Origin: Rickettsiales bacterium
Lineage (GTDB): Bacteria; Pseudomonadota; Alphaproteobacteria; Rickettsiales; UBA8987
Assembly: GCA_028282625.1 (NCBI GenBank)
Contig: JANQHP010000171.1
Location: forward strand, 1 to 35,709
Reading direction: 5' to 3'
Length of the DNA: 35,709 nucleotides
Part shown: positions 17,821 to 26,021 of the stretch, piece by piece
Position numbering within the stretch: the first letter of the stretch is position 1
Layout of the letters: each line of letters starts with the position of its first letter
The notes under the pieces: model-generated
Databases searched by the model: none
What the model was told of the DNA's origin: nothing
The model's input: only the letters and a program-made list of their open reading frames with translations
Position numbers and translations under genes: made by a program

Positions 17821-17963
17821 AAAAGAGTGCAGTTAGGCCAATAAAAAAACAAGAAACGAAGACAATATGTCCAAGTGAGCCTTAAGCCCGGTATAGGTGG
17901 TGGCTCAAGGCGAAAGTCTAGAAAGCTTTCGTTAGGCATCATTAAACATAAAAGGAGAGAACA

Positions 17964-20258
17964 ATGGTACAGTCAGCAAATTTAGGATTTCCACGTATTG
18001 GTGCGTTTCGTGAGTTGAAAAAAGCGCTGGAAGGTTTCTGGAAAGGCAAAATCTCAGAGGCAGAATTGGATGCAGAGGCGAAGCGTCTGCGTGCCGAACA
18101 CTGGCAATTGCAACGCGATGCCGGGCTGGAGGTCATTCCGTCCAACGATTTCTCGCTGTATGACCAAGTGCTGGATATGATCGCCACCGTGGGTGCTGTG
18201 CCCAAGCGCTATGGCTTTTCCAGCGGCAATGTAGACCGCACCACCTATTTCGCCATGGCACGTGGTCGCCAGGTGGAAGGCCAGGATGTGGTGGCGATGG
18301 AAATGTCAAAATGGTTCGACACCAACTACCACTATATTGTGCCGGAATTTGATAGCCAAACCCAGTTTGCGCTGTCTTCCACGAAAGCGGTGGATGAATA
18401 TAACGAAGCCAAGGCGCTGGGCATTGAAACCCGCCCGGTGTTGATTGGGCCAATCACCCTGCTGCTGCAGGGCAAAACGCGTGAGGAAGGCTTTGATGTA
18501 TTCAGCCTACTGCCTTCATTGCTGGCAGTCTATACCGAGCTGCTGGGCCAATTGGCCGCCGCCGGTGCGAAGGCGGTGCAGCTGGATGAGCCCTGCCTGG
18601 CGCTGGACCTGCCCGAAGGCGCAGCTGAAGCCTATCAAACCGCCTATGCGGAGCTTGCCAAAGCAGATGTAGAAATCACCACCACAACCTATTTTGATGG
18701 GCTGCGCGACAACACCGCGTTAGCGGCAAATCTGCCGGTGGCTGGGCTTCACATTGATCTGGTGCGTGCGCCGGAGCAGTTGGACGCCGTGCTTGCTGCC
18801 CTGCCGCAGAATAAAACCCTGTCGGTGGGTGTGATTAATGGCCGCAATATCTGGAAGGCGAATCTGGCCGAGGCGCTGGCTTTGGTAGAAAAAGCCGTCA
18901 GCGCGCTGGGGTCAGACCGTGTGCAGGTGGCACCAAGCTGCTCGTTGCTGCATAGCCCGGTGGATCTGGATAGTGAAACCAAGCTGGATGCCGAATTCAA
19001 AAACTGGCTGGCCTTTGCCAAGCAAAAACTGGCGGAAATCAAGCTGCTGGCCGATGCGGCCAACGGCAACAAAGATGCCGCCGCGTTTGAAGCCAATGCT
19101 GCCGCGGTTGAAAGCCGTAACACTTCCAGCCGTATTCATAACCCGGCAGTGAAGGAGCGTACCAGCAGCATCAATGAAAGCATGCTCAACCGCAACAGCG
19201 CCTTTGATGAGCGCATCAAGCTGCAAAAAGCACGGCTGGATCTGCCCTTGCTGCCCACCACCAGCATTGGTTCTTTCCCGCAAACCACCGAGATACGTCA
19301 GGCACGCGCCAAGTTCAAAAAAGGCGAACTCACGCGTGAGCAGTATGATGCCTTCTTGGAGCAAGAGACCGAACGCACCATCCGCAAGCAGGAAGAAATT
19401 GGCATGGATGTGCTGGTGCACGGCGAATTTGAGCGCAACGACATGGTGGAATATTTCGGTGAAAAGCTGGAAGGCTTTGCCTTCACCAAGTTCGGTTGGG
19501 TGCAGAGCTATGGCTCACGCTGCGTGAAGCCGCCGATCATCTTCGGCGATGTATCTCGCCCCGAAGCGATGACCGTGCGCTGGTCCGCTTTTGCCCAATC
19601 TAAAACCGACCGTCTGATGAAAGGCATGCTGACCGGCCCGGTCACCATTCTGCAATGGAGCTTCGTGCGTGACGATCAACCGCGCGAAACCACCTGTAAG
19701 CAGATTGCACTGGCCATTCGTGATGAGGTGGTGGATCTGGAAAAAGCCGGCATCAAGATCATCCAGATTGACGAAGCGGCCATGCGTGAAGGCCTGCCGC
19801 TGCGCAAGTCTGACTGGGAAGCCTATCTGAAATGGGCGGTGGATTCGTTCCGCATCACGGCCAGCGGCGTACAGGATGAAACCCAAATTCATACCCACAT
19901 GTGCTACAGTGAGTTTAACGACATCATTGGTGCGGTGGCGGATATGGATGCGGATGTGATTTCCATTGAAACCTCACGCTCTGCCATGGAACTGCTGGAC
20001 GCCTTTGTGGAATTCAAATACCCGAACGAGATCGGCCCGGGTGTCTATGATATTCATAGCCCGCGTATTCCAAAAGAAAGTGAGATGGTCACCTTGCTGA
20101 ACAAGGCGTTGGAAGTGCTCACGCCCGAGCAAACCTGGGTAAACCCGGATTGCGGCTTGAAAACCCGCGGTTGGGCAGAGGTGGAGCCAGCGCTTAAAGG
20201 CATGGTGAATGCCACCAAGGCCGTCCGCGCGACACTGGAGCAACGCCAGGCGAGCTAA
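17964..20258 (+). CDS. metE: Cobalamin-independent methionine synthase (5-methyltetrahydropteroyltriglutamate--homocysteine S-methyltransferase)
   Basis: 764 aa. N-terminus LGFPRIGAFRELKKALEGFW, and C-terminal catalytic half with TTSIGSFPQT, VHGEFERNDMVEYF, HMCYSEF and NPDCGLKTR zinc-site motifs. AAAGGAGAG Shine-Dalgarno. Confidence 0.97.
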   Translation: MVQSANLGFPRIGAFRELKKALEGFWKGKISEAELDAEAKRLRAEHWQLQRDAGLEVIPSNDFSLYDQVLDMIATVGAVPKRYGFSSGNVDRTTYFAMARGRQVEGQDVVAMEMSKWFDTNYHYIVPEFDSQTQFALSSTKAVDEYNEAKALGIETRPVLIGPITLLLQGKTREEGFDVFSLLPSLLAVYTELLGQLAAAGAKAVQLDEPCLALDLPEGAAEAYQTAYAELAKADVEITTTTYFDGLRDNTALAANLPVAGLHIDLVRAPEQLDAVLAALPQNKTLSVGVINGRNIWKANLAEALALVEKAVSALGSDRVQVAPSCSLLHSPVDLDSETKLDAEFKNWLAFAKQKLAEIKLLADAANGNKDAAAFEANAAAVESRNTSSRIHNPAVKERTSSINESMLNRNSAFDERIKLQKARLDLPLLPTTSIGSFPQTTEIRQARAKFKKGELTREQYDAFLEQETERTIRKQEEIGMDVLVHGEFERNDMVEYFGEKLEGFAFTKFGWVQSYGSRCVKPPIIFGDVSRPEAMTVRWSAFAQSKTDRLMKGMLTGPVTILQWSFVRDDQPRETTCKQIALAIRDEVVDLEKAGIKIIQIDEAAMREGLPLRKSDWEAYLKWAVDSFRITASGVQDETQIHTHMCYSEFNDIIGAVADMDADVISIETSRSAMELLDAFVEFKYPNEIGPGVYDIHSPRIPKESEMVTLLNKALEVLTPEQTWVNPDCGLKTRGWAEVEPALKGMVNATKAVRATLEQRQAS

Positions 20259-20308
20259 AAGCCAACAAGCTAAGGTGCACACCTGATCATTGAAATAGTA
20301 CAAAAGCT

Positions 20309-20356
20309 CAACCTACAAGGCACCCAAGCCGTGCTTTGTAGGTTGGGATGTTTTTT
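20309..20356 (+). terminator. Rho-independent terminator, probably bidirectional (metE / fad operon)
   Basis: 15-bp stem 20309-20323 / 20331-20345 (14 Watson-Crick pairs plus one G-U), 7-nt loop CCAAGCC, and a T6 run at 20351-20356. On the opposite strand the hairpin is followed by AGCTTTTG. Confidence 0.75.
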
Positions 20357-20370
20357 ACCTTATCCGCGTG

Positions 20371-20973
20371 TTATCCTATAGTCATAGTGCTACTGCCTGC
20401 TATACCACGTTCCCCCGGTTTTTGTGCACCACCCTCCAAAATAGCCCGCGCTGGGTTTTGTTGGTCTCTTATGTAAGAGTTAAGCGACTCCTGAAGGTTT
20501 TGCACGGACGCTGCGTCCACAAACCCCTTTTCTGCTAACTCTGAAAGCGTTTTCCACAGAGTGTTCACATCCTCTGGTGACTGCACCTCGATATATTGAA
20601 AGCTTACACTTCCATGATAAAGCCTATTTTTTTCTAGAAAATCAGCATGTTTCGTCCCTTGTGCAGACCCACCTGCAAAAAAGCTGTATGCAGGTGTGTG
20701 CTTACAAATACCTTTACTCTTTAATGTATCGGAAAGCGCTTCTGCACAGTCATCAAAATTTCCAGAAGGGCTTATTCTTGGCACGATTTCAATGGTAAAA
20801 TCTTTTTTAGTATTATTCTCGTTATCGTCATCGGAGCAAACAGCGCTTACCAAAACCGCACCAACCTGCTCACATTCAGTGCTAGTGAGCTGTGTAATAA
20901 AAACCCGCTCTAAGGTTGAATCACCGCCACGTGTTACCAGCAGTGTGTTAGTTCTAATTAGCTCCTCACTCAT
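20371..20973 (-). CDS. Hypothetical protein (200 aa), last gene of the fad-type operon
   Basis: ATG lies 3 nt after the upstream stop, with GAGGAA Shine-Dalgarno inside the end of the preceding gene. No motif I recognise. Acidic, with a DDDNENN patch. Confidence 0.6.
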   Translation of the reverse strand: MSEELIRTNTLLVTRGGDSTLERVFITQLTSTECEQVGAVLVSAVCSDDDNENNTKKDFTIEIVPRISPSGNFDDCAEALSDTLKSKGICKHTPAYSFFAGGSAQGTKHADFLEKNRLYHGSVSFQYIEVQSPEDVNTLWKTLSELAEKGFVDAASVQNLQESLNSYIRDQQNPARAILEGGAQKPGERGIAGSSTMTIG

Positions 20974-20976
20974 ATC

Positions 20977-23469
20977 CTAATTCCTCAATGGTTTTCCCGT
21001 TTCCAGCATATGTTCAATCCGCGCAAGTGTATCCGGGTGTTTTACCAGCTCCATAAACACGTCGCGCTCTAAATCCAGCATATCCTGTTCGCTCACCTCT
21101 TTCGTAATATCCGTTTCACCGCCGGAAAGCACTTGGCCCACCCCTTTGCTCACCACCACATCATGCTTGGTGGCCTTGCCGGATTTCTCGAAGCTGCGAA
21201 TCGCCATATCCAGCGCGGTGCGCGCGGTCTTTCCGGGTAAGTGAATGGTATGGGTGTGTGGCGGCACATAATCCTCCGCCAGCTCCAAACACAGCGCCTT
21301 GGCATCGGCCAGCACACGTTTGCGGTTCATCGTGATGCGTGAACGCTCGTTTAAAATCAGCATATCCTGCGCTTCTTCGGCCGATTTCGCCACGCGCGCG
21401 GTGGAAATATTCCGGAAGGCGGGCTCCAGCGCCGGCATGGTGTTGAGCGTTTTCACCGGTGAGAGAAAGCTGAACCAATGGCCGAATTTCGCGGCCAGCG
21501 CATCACTTTCCGCGCGCTTTTTCAGCTGGCGATAGATCATCTCCTTACAACCGCCCCAGCCCGGCACGATGCCTACGCCCACTTCCACCAAACCGGTATA
21601 AAGCTCCACATGCGCATTCACCGCGTCGCAATGCATCAGCATTTCGCAGCCGCCGCCCAGCGCCATGCCCGAAGGCGCTCCGACCACGGGAAACGGCGCA
21701 TATTTCAGCGCCATGTAAGCATCCTGCCCGGTTTTGATAATCTCCTCAATCTGCTTCCACGCGCCCACATTGGCCACAAAGAGCAGCAGGCCAATATTCG
21801 CACCCACGCAGAAATTATCCGCATCATTGCCAATGATCAGCCCTTTAAAATCCTTCTGTACCAACTCCACGGCCTGGTTCACCATCTCCAAGCTCATGAG
21901 GTCTAAGCTGTTCATTTTGCTGGTAAATTCCAGGCACAAGATGCCATCCCCTACATCCCACACAGAGGCGGAAGGATTCTTCAGCACCGGCTTCTTCCCG
22001 CGCTTTTTATCGGCCAGCATCCACGCATCTTCCGGCGTATGGATGGGCGCATAGTCTCCCGTCAAGGTCAGATAATGCGGTATATTCTTATCGCCGTCAT
22101 ACCGCGACTTGATCGCGGTATCCAGAGCCTCACCTTCAGCATCTGCCGTACTGGATCCCGTGGTCGAGCCACGGGATGACGCAGGGTCAACATATAATGT
22201 GCCATCCCCCGCCTTGGCGAGAATCTCCGGCACTGCCATGCCCTCTTTGGCCAACTTTTCGCTAAACCATTTGGTACCACTCATATCGTCCGCACCCAAG
22301 CGGTCAATCAGCTCAAACGGGCCATATTTCCAGTTATAGCCCAGCCGCATCGCTTCATCCACACGGGCAATGTCATCCGAAATCTCCGGCACCAGGCTGG
22401 CCGCATAGCTCAGCGTATCCTTAAGCACGGCCCAGGCATAGTGCCCGCCCGCATCCTCATGGGTCACCAAATCGCGCAAGCCGCCGCGCGCGGCCTCCAC
22501 ACTCGCAAGTTTTGGCTTCACAGATTTCGCATACTCACCCGTGGCAAGATTCTTCGATTCCTTCACCTTAGCCCCACCTTCGCGGTTTAAGCGGTAAAAC
22601 CCGCCCTTGCCTTTGCGGCCGGTATAGCCCTCTGCAATCATCTGCGTGACGATATCATGCTCATGATACACCTCAAAAAACCGGTCTTTTGGATCCAGCG
22701 TATCGGCGAAGGATTTCGCAATCAGCGGCAGCAAATCAATGCCAATCAAATCCATCAGCCCAAACACCCCGGTTTTGGGAATGCCGACAGGCTTGCCCAT
22801 CACGGCGTCTGCGGTTTCCACGTCCACACCCATTTCCAGCGCATGCTTCAGCGCGGCGGCCAGCCAGAACACACCAATGCGATTGGCGATGAAACCCGGC
22901 GTATCCTTACACTCCACCACACCTTTGCCGAGCTTCACATCACAAAAATTGCGGATATCCTCCAACGCATCCTTGCGCGTGTGTGCGCTACCCACCAGCT
23001 CCAACAGACGCATATAGCGCGGCGGGTTGAAGAAGTGGCTAATCAGAAAATCCTGCTTGAACGCATCACTCAAACCATTGGTCAGTGTGTTCAGTGGCAG
23101 GGTGGAAGTGTTGGAAGAGACCACCGAGCCTTTTTTGCGATGCGCCTCCAGCTTTTCATACAGGCTCTGCTTGATATCCAACCGTTCAATCACCGCTTCA
23201 ATAATCCAATCCACCTCGCCCAGTTTTGCCAGGTCATCTTCCAAATTGCACGGGGTAATCAACTTCGCACGGCGCTTATGGATCAGCGGTGCCGGGTCGG
23301 TTTTCAGCAGCGTTTCAATCGCACCTTTGGCGATTTCGCTGCGATCTTTCACGCCGTCTGGCACAATGTCAAACAGCAGCACCTGCGTGCCGGAATTGGC
23401 CACATGGGCGGCAATCGCCGCACCCATCACGCCACTGCCAATCACCGCAATTTTATCGATGTTTGTCAT
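20977..23469 (-). CDS. Bifunctional 3-hydroxyacyl-CoA dehydrogenase / enoyl-CoA hydratase family protein (dehydrogenase N-terminal)
   Basis: 830 aa. N-terminal Rossmann motif IAVIGSGVMGAAIA, the 3HCDH signature region DTPGFIANRI, and a C-terminal crotonase-fold segment (GNDADNFCVGANIGLL ... GMALGGGCEMLMHCD). Confidence 0.92.
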   Translation of the reverse strand: MTNIDKIAVIGSGVMGAAIAAHVANSGTQVLLFDIVPDGVKDRSEIAKGAIETLLKTDPAPLIHKRRAKLITPCNLEDDLAKLGEVDWIIEAVIERLDIKQSLYEKLEAHRKKGSVVSSNTSTLPLNTLTNGLSDAFKQDFLISHFFNPPRYMRLLELVGSAHTRKDALEDIRNFCDVKLGKGVVECKDTPGFIANRIGVFWLAAALKHALEMGVDVETADAVMGKPVGIPKTGVFGLMDLIGIDLLPLIAKSFADTLDPKDRFFEVYHEHDIVTQMIAEGYTGRKGKGGFYRLNREGGAKVKESKNLATGEYAKSVKPKLASVEAARGGLRDLVTHEDAGGHYAWAVLKDTLSYAASLVPEISDDIARVDEAMRLGYNWKYGPFELIDRLGADDMSGTKWFSEKLAKEGMAVPEILAKAGDGTLYVDPASSRGSTTGSSTADAEGEALDTAIKSRYDGDKNIPHYLTLTGDYAPIHTPEDAWMLADKKRGKKPVLKNPSASVWDVGDGILCLEFTSKMNSLDLMSLEMVNQAVELVQKDFKGLIIGNDADNFCVGANIGLLLFVANVGAWKQIEEIIKTGQDAYMALKYAPFPVVGAPSGMALGGGCEMLMHCDAVNAHVELYTGLVEVGVGIVPGWGGCKEMIYRQLKKRAESDALAAKFGHWFSFLSPVKTLNTMPALEPAFRNISTARVAKSAEEAQDMLILNERSRITMNRKRVLADAKALCLELAEDYVPPHTHTIHLPGKTARTALDMAIRSFEKSGKATKHDVVVSKGVGQVLSGGETDITKEVSEQDMLDLERDVFMELVKHPDTLARIEHMLETGKPLRN

Positions 23470-23471
23470 AC

Positions 23472-24689
23472 CTAGCCTCTTCCTCCAAAGCCTTGCCCAC
23501 CGCCGCGCTCTTGTTCGTGCTGCTCCGTAATTTTCTTGGCTAAATCCAGCATATCACTAAATGTTTGGTTTAAGTCAAAGTGATGGATTCCTTCTACTTT
23601 TTCAATCAACATCTTCATCCCGTCAACTAGCACAGTATTCTGCACCAACATACCAAGTTCATTCCAATCTTCCTGCAATTGCTTAAGGTTCCGCATGACC
23701 AGCTGAATACTTGTCTCCGCATGACCAAATGGGCCATGATCCCACTCAATCATATATTGGATGGATTCTGTATTTGCAAAATAAGGATCTTCCGTCATAT
23801 CGTCGGCCAGCTCCAACAAACTATCTGCCTCATCCTCGCTCAGATTTTCGGGCAGGTGATCATCCACTGCCTCATCTGAACATTTGGCTAACGTATTTAT
23901 CAATTTCAGCATCTTGAACAGGCCATGAAAGGCCCTATCCGCTCGCGCGGCCTGCAGCATCTCATCCACGCTTTTGTCACCACCAAAACGCTCTGCATAT
24001 GTTTTTGGTCCGTTATAAAGTGTCAACGCTTTGGATTTATTTACCACCCTTCCCGCTGCAGGCACAGGTTCCTCCACCACCGGCCCCACAATGTCTTCAC
24101 GCAGGGTGAGCAGCTTACCCACCACCGAGCCTATAGCTTCTTTATCCAGATTAATCTTCACATCGCGATGCTCAGCCGGCAATGTCTTCTTCACCTGAAA
24201 TTCAAAGGCATAAGCTGTTAATACTGGAAAAAAAGTTTTTTGAATTTCAGCCAATGCGTTTGCCATTTGTTCTCTTGAAACCGTTAATCGCGCCAAATTA
24301 TCTCTGGCCGTTTGATCCGCTTCTGCTGTATGGCCTTCGCCTAGAAAATACGGTGTTTCTTTGAGCATCGTTGCTAACGAACCCAAATAGTTTTCAACCT
24401 CAGCAACAGTATTATAAAAATATTCTATGGTATCAATAGCAGCAGTTTCTTTTTCATCTTCTTGCAAATGACCAGGACGGCTCATTATAATGTAATCTTT
24501 AAGTGTCTCCTTCCATTTTTCCAAATTCAGCGCCTCGTGCAATACACTAAAAAACAGGGTCAAATCCAAATCATCCCGCGCGGCTTTCAGGAGCGATGCT
24601 TCGCTCGGCGGACCAAACATCTCACTTAATGCCTTACTCGCCGCAGACCCCAAGGCTTGTTCTTCCACCTGATGCTCCTGCTCGGTCAT
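23472..24689 (-). CDS. Hypothetical acidic, probably all-helical protein (405 aa) with an internal two-fold repeat and a Gly/Arg tail
   Basis: Sits between the thiolase and dehydrogenase genes with 3-nt and 2-nt gaps. No recognisable catalytic motif. Repeat anchors FGxxxxxxxLxAARxD, HLxE, PYF and GH(T/A)AE occur once in each half. Ends in ERGGGQGFGGRG. Confidence 0.7.
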   Translation of the reverse strand: MTEQEHQVEEQALGSAASKALSEMFGPPSEASLLKAARDDLDLTLFFSVLHEALNLEKWKETLKDYIIMSRPGHLQEDEKETAAIDTIEYFYNTVAEVENYLGSLATMLKETPYFLGEGHTAEADQTARDNLARLTVSREQMANALAEIQKTFFPVLTAYAFEFQVKKTLPAEHRDVKINLDKEAIGSVVGKLLTLREDIVGPVVEEPVPAAGRVVNKSKALTLYNGPKTYAERFGGDKSVDEMLQAARADRAFHGLFKMLKLINTLAKCSDEAVDDHLPENLSEDEADSLLELADDMTEDPYFANTESIQYMIEWDHGPFGHAETSIQLVMRNLKQLQEDWNELGMLVQNTVLVDGMKMLIEKVEGIHHFDLNQTFSDMLDLAKKITEQHEQERGGGQGFGGRG

Positions 24690-24692
24690 TCG

Positions 24693-25817
24693 CTACACCC
24701 TCTCCAACACGGTTGCAATACCTTGCCCGCCGCCGATGCACATGGTGGCCAGCGCATAGGTGCCGCCTTCGCGCTTCAGTAAACTAGCCGCCTTGCCTAA
24801 AATCCGTGCACCGCTGGCACCCAGTGGATGGCCAAGCGCAATCGCACCGCCATCCAGGTTCAGTTTTGCTTCTGGAATTTGCAAATCCTGGATTACCGCC
24901 AATGCCTGCGCGGCAAAGGCCTCGTTCAGCTCCATCACATCCATATCGTTGATGGTAAGGCCCGCGCGTTTAAGCGCCTTTTTTGAAGCACCCACCGGGC
25001 CAATACCCATAATTTCGGGCGCACAGCCAGAAACGGCGATGCTCTTAACCCGCGCCAGTTTGGGCAAGCCCTGCACATCGGCATAGTCTTCCGAGGCAAT
25101 CAACAGGGCCGAAGCACCATCGGTCAGCGGGCTGGAGGTGCCCGCCGTCACGCTGCCCTTAACGTCAAAGGCGGGCTTGAGTTCCGCCAAGCCTTTGGCC
25201 GTGGTTTCTGCGCGGATGCAGCCATCCTGCGTCACACCAGCCACTTCCGCCACTTCATCGTTGAATTTACCGGCCTGCTGCGCCGCCGCGGCTTTTTCAT
25301 GGCTCTTCGCGGCAAAAATCTCCTGGTCTTTACGCTTAATCTTATATTTCTCCGCCAGATTCTCCGCCGTAATCCCCATCGCCTCATAGGCCGCGGGATA
25401 GCGTTCATAAAGTTCCGGATTCGGCGCCGGGTTAAAGCCTGTCATCGGAATGCGGCTCATGCTTTCCACGCCGGCAGCAATAAATACATCCCCCGCATTG
25501 GCGGCAATCATCCCCACCGCATCGTGTGCGGTTTGCATGGAAGAGCCGCAGAATCGGTTGACCGTATCGCCGGCCACGCTTATCGGCAAATCCACCAGGA
25601 ACGTCGCCAGCCGGCCCAGATTCAGGCCCTGCTCGCCCTCAGGAAACGCACAGCCCAGCTTGATATCTTCAATATGCTCAGGATTCACGCCCGTGCGTGC
25701 CACCAATGCTTTGACCACCTCACCAATCAGATCATCGGGCCGCACACGCGCCAACGCGCCCTTTCTGGCCGGGGTGAAGGGGCTACGCACATACCCCGCA
25801 ATAACCGCAGATTTCAT
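24693..25817 (-). CDS. Acetyl-CoA C-acyltransferase (3-ketoacyl-CoA thiolase)
   Basis: Thiolase motifs: NRFCGSS (active-site Cys), NEAFAAQ, GAIALGHPLGASGARI, CIGGGQGIA. 374 aa. AAGGAAAGG Shine-Dalgarno. Confidence 0.95.
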   Translation of the reverse strand: MKSAVIAGYVRSPFTPARKGALARVRPDDLIGEVVKALVARTGVNPEHIEDIKLGCAFPEGEQGLNLGRLATFLVDLPISVAGDTVNRFCGSSMQTAHDAVGMIAANAGDVFIAAGVESMSRIPMTGFNPAPNPELYERYPAAYEAMGITAENLAEKYKIKRKDQEIFAAKSHEKAAAAQQAGKFNDEVAEVAGVTQDGCIRAETTAKGLAELKPAFDVKGSVTAGTSSPLTDGASALLIASEDYADVQGLPKLARVKSIAVSGCAPEIMGIGPVGASKKALKRAGLTINDMDVMELNEAFAAQALAVIQDLQIPEAKLNLDGGAIALGHPLGASGARILGKAASLLKREGGTYALATMCIGGGQGIATVLERV

Positions 25818-25920
25818 AAGAAGCCTTTCCTTTGGTTATGCATACAGCACAACGTTCAACATAACAGAACTATTAAAATGATGCAATGAAAGGCCATCTT
25901 CCAGCAAAAGAAGCGTCGAT

Positions 25921-25951
25921 CTGTTTCATTTAGAAACATGCTGTTTCATTT
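25921..25951. promoter_or_regulatory. Palindrome plus direct repeat; candidate enhancer (UAS) or operator
   Basis: TGTTTC-ATTTA-GAAACA perfect inverted repeat at 25922-25938. CTGTTTCATTT occurs twice (25921-25931 and 25941-25951). The element is centred about 100-120 nt upstream of the predicted sigma-54 start site and about 35-65 nt upstream of a candidate -35 for the divergent thiolase operon. Confidence 0.4.
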
Positions 25952-25990
25952 TGAGAAATATAGCACAACAGGTCTCAAGAAAAATTTATT

Positions 25991-26003
25991 TAAAATATTG
26001 ATT
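25991..26003 (-). promoter_or_regulatory. IHF-like site within an A/T tract
   Basis: The minus strand reads AATCAATATTTTA, matching WATCAANNNNTTR. It lies between the repeat element and the -24/-12 promoter. Confidence 0.3.
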
Positions 26004-26021
26004 TTTATAGAAAAACAAAAT

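Noticed and set aside
17768-17963. Cobalamin or SAM-II riboswitch upstream of metE
   Set aside because: I could not find the B12 box, the GGGAA / GCCACTG-type conserved elements, or a compact SAM-II arrangement. The single AAAGCT at 17922-17927 is about 120 nt from the only GGCTT. The region is left as an unclassified leader pending a covariance-model scan.
22657-23475. Long antisense or shadow ORFs in the six-frame track: 22657-23475 (+), 25299-25889 (+), 16401-17003 (-), 8331-8825 (-), 30571-31203 (+), 12823-13350 (+), 28559-29149 (-) and many shorter ones
   Set aside because: Each lies entirely opposite or out of frame within a CDS that has strong family motifs. Their translations are low-complexity (His/Arg/Gln/Pro-rich), lack start-site context, and are typical of shadow frames in moderately GC-rich genes.
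25922-25938. NifA-type UAS (TGT-N10-ACA)
   Set aside because: The palindrome reads TGT-N11-ACA, one nucleotide too long for the NifA consensus. No specific activator family is assigned.
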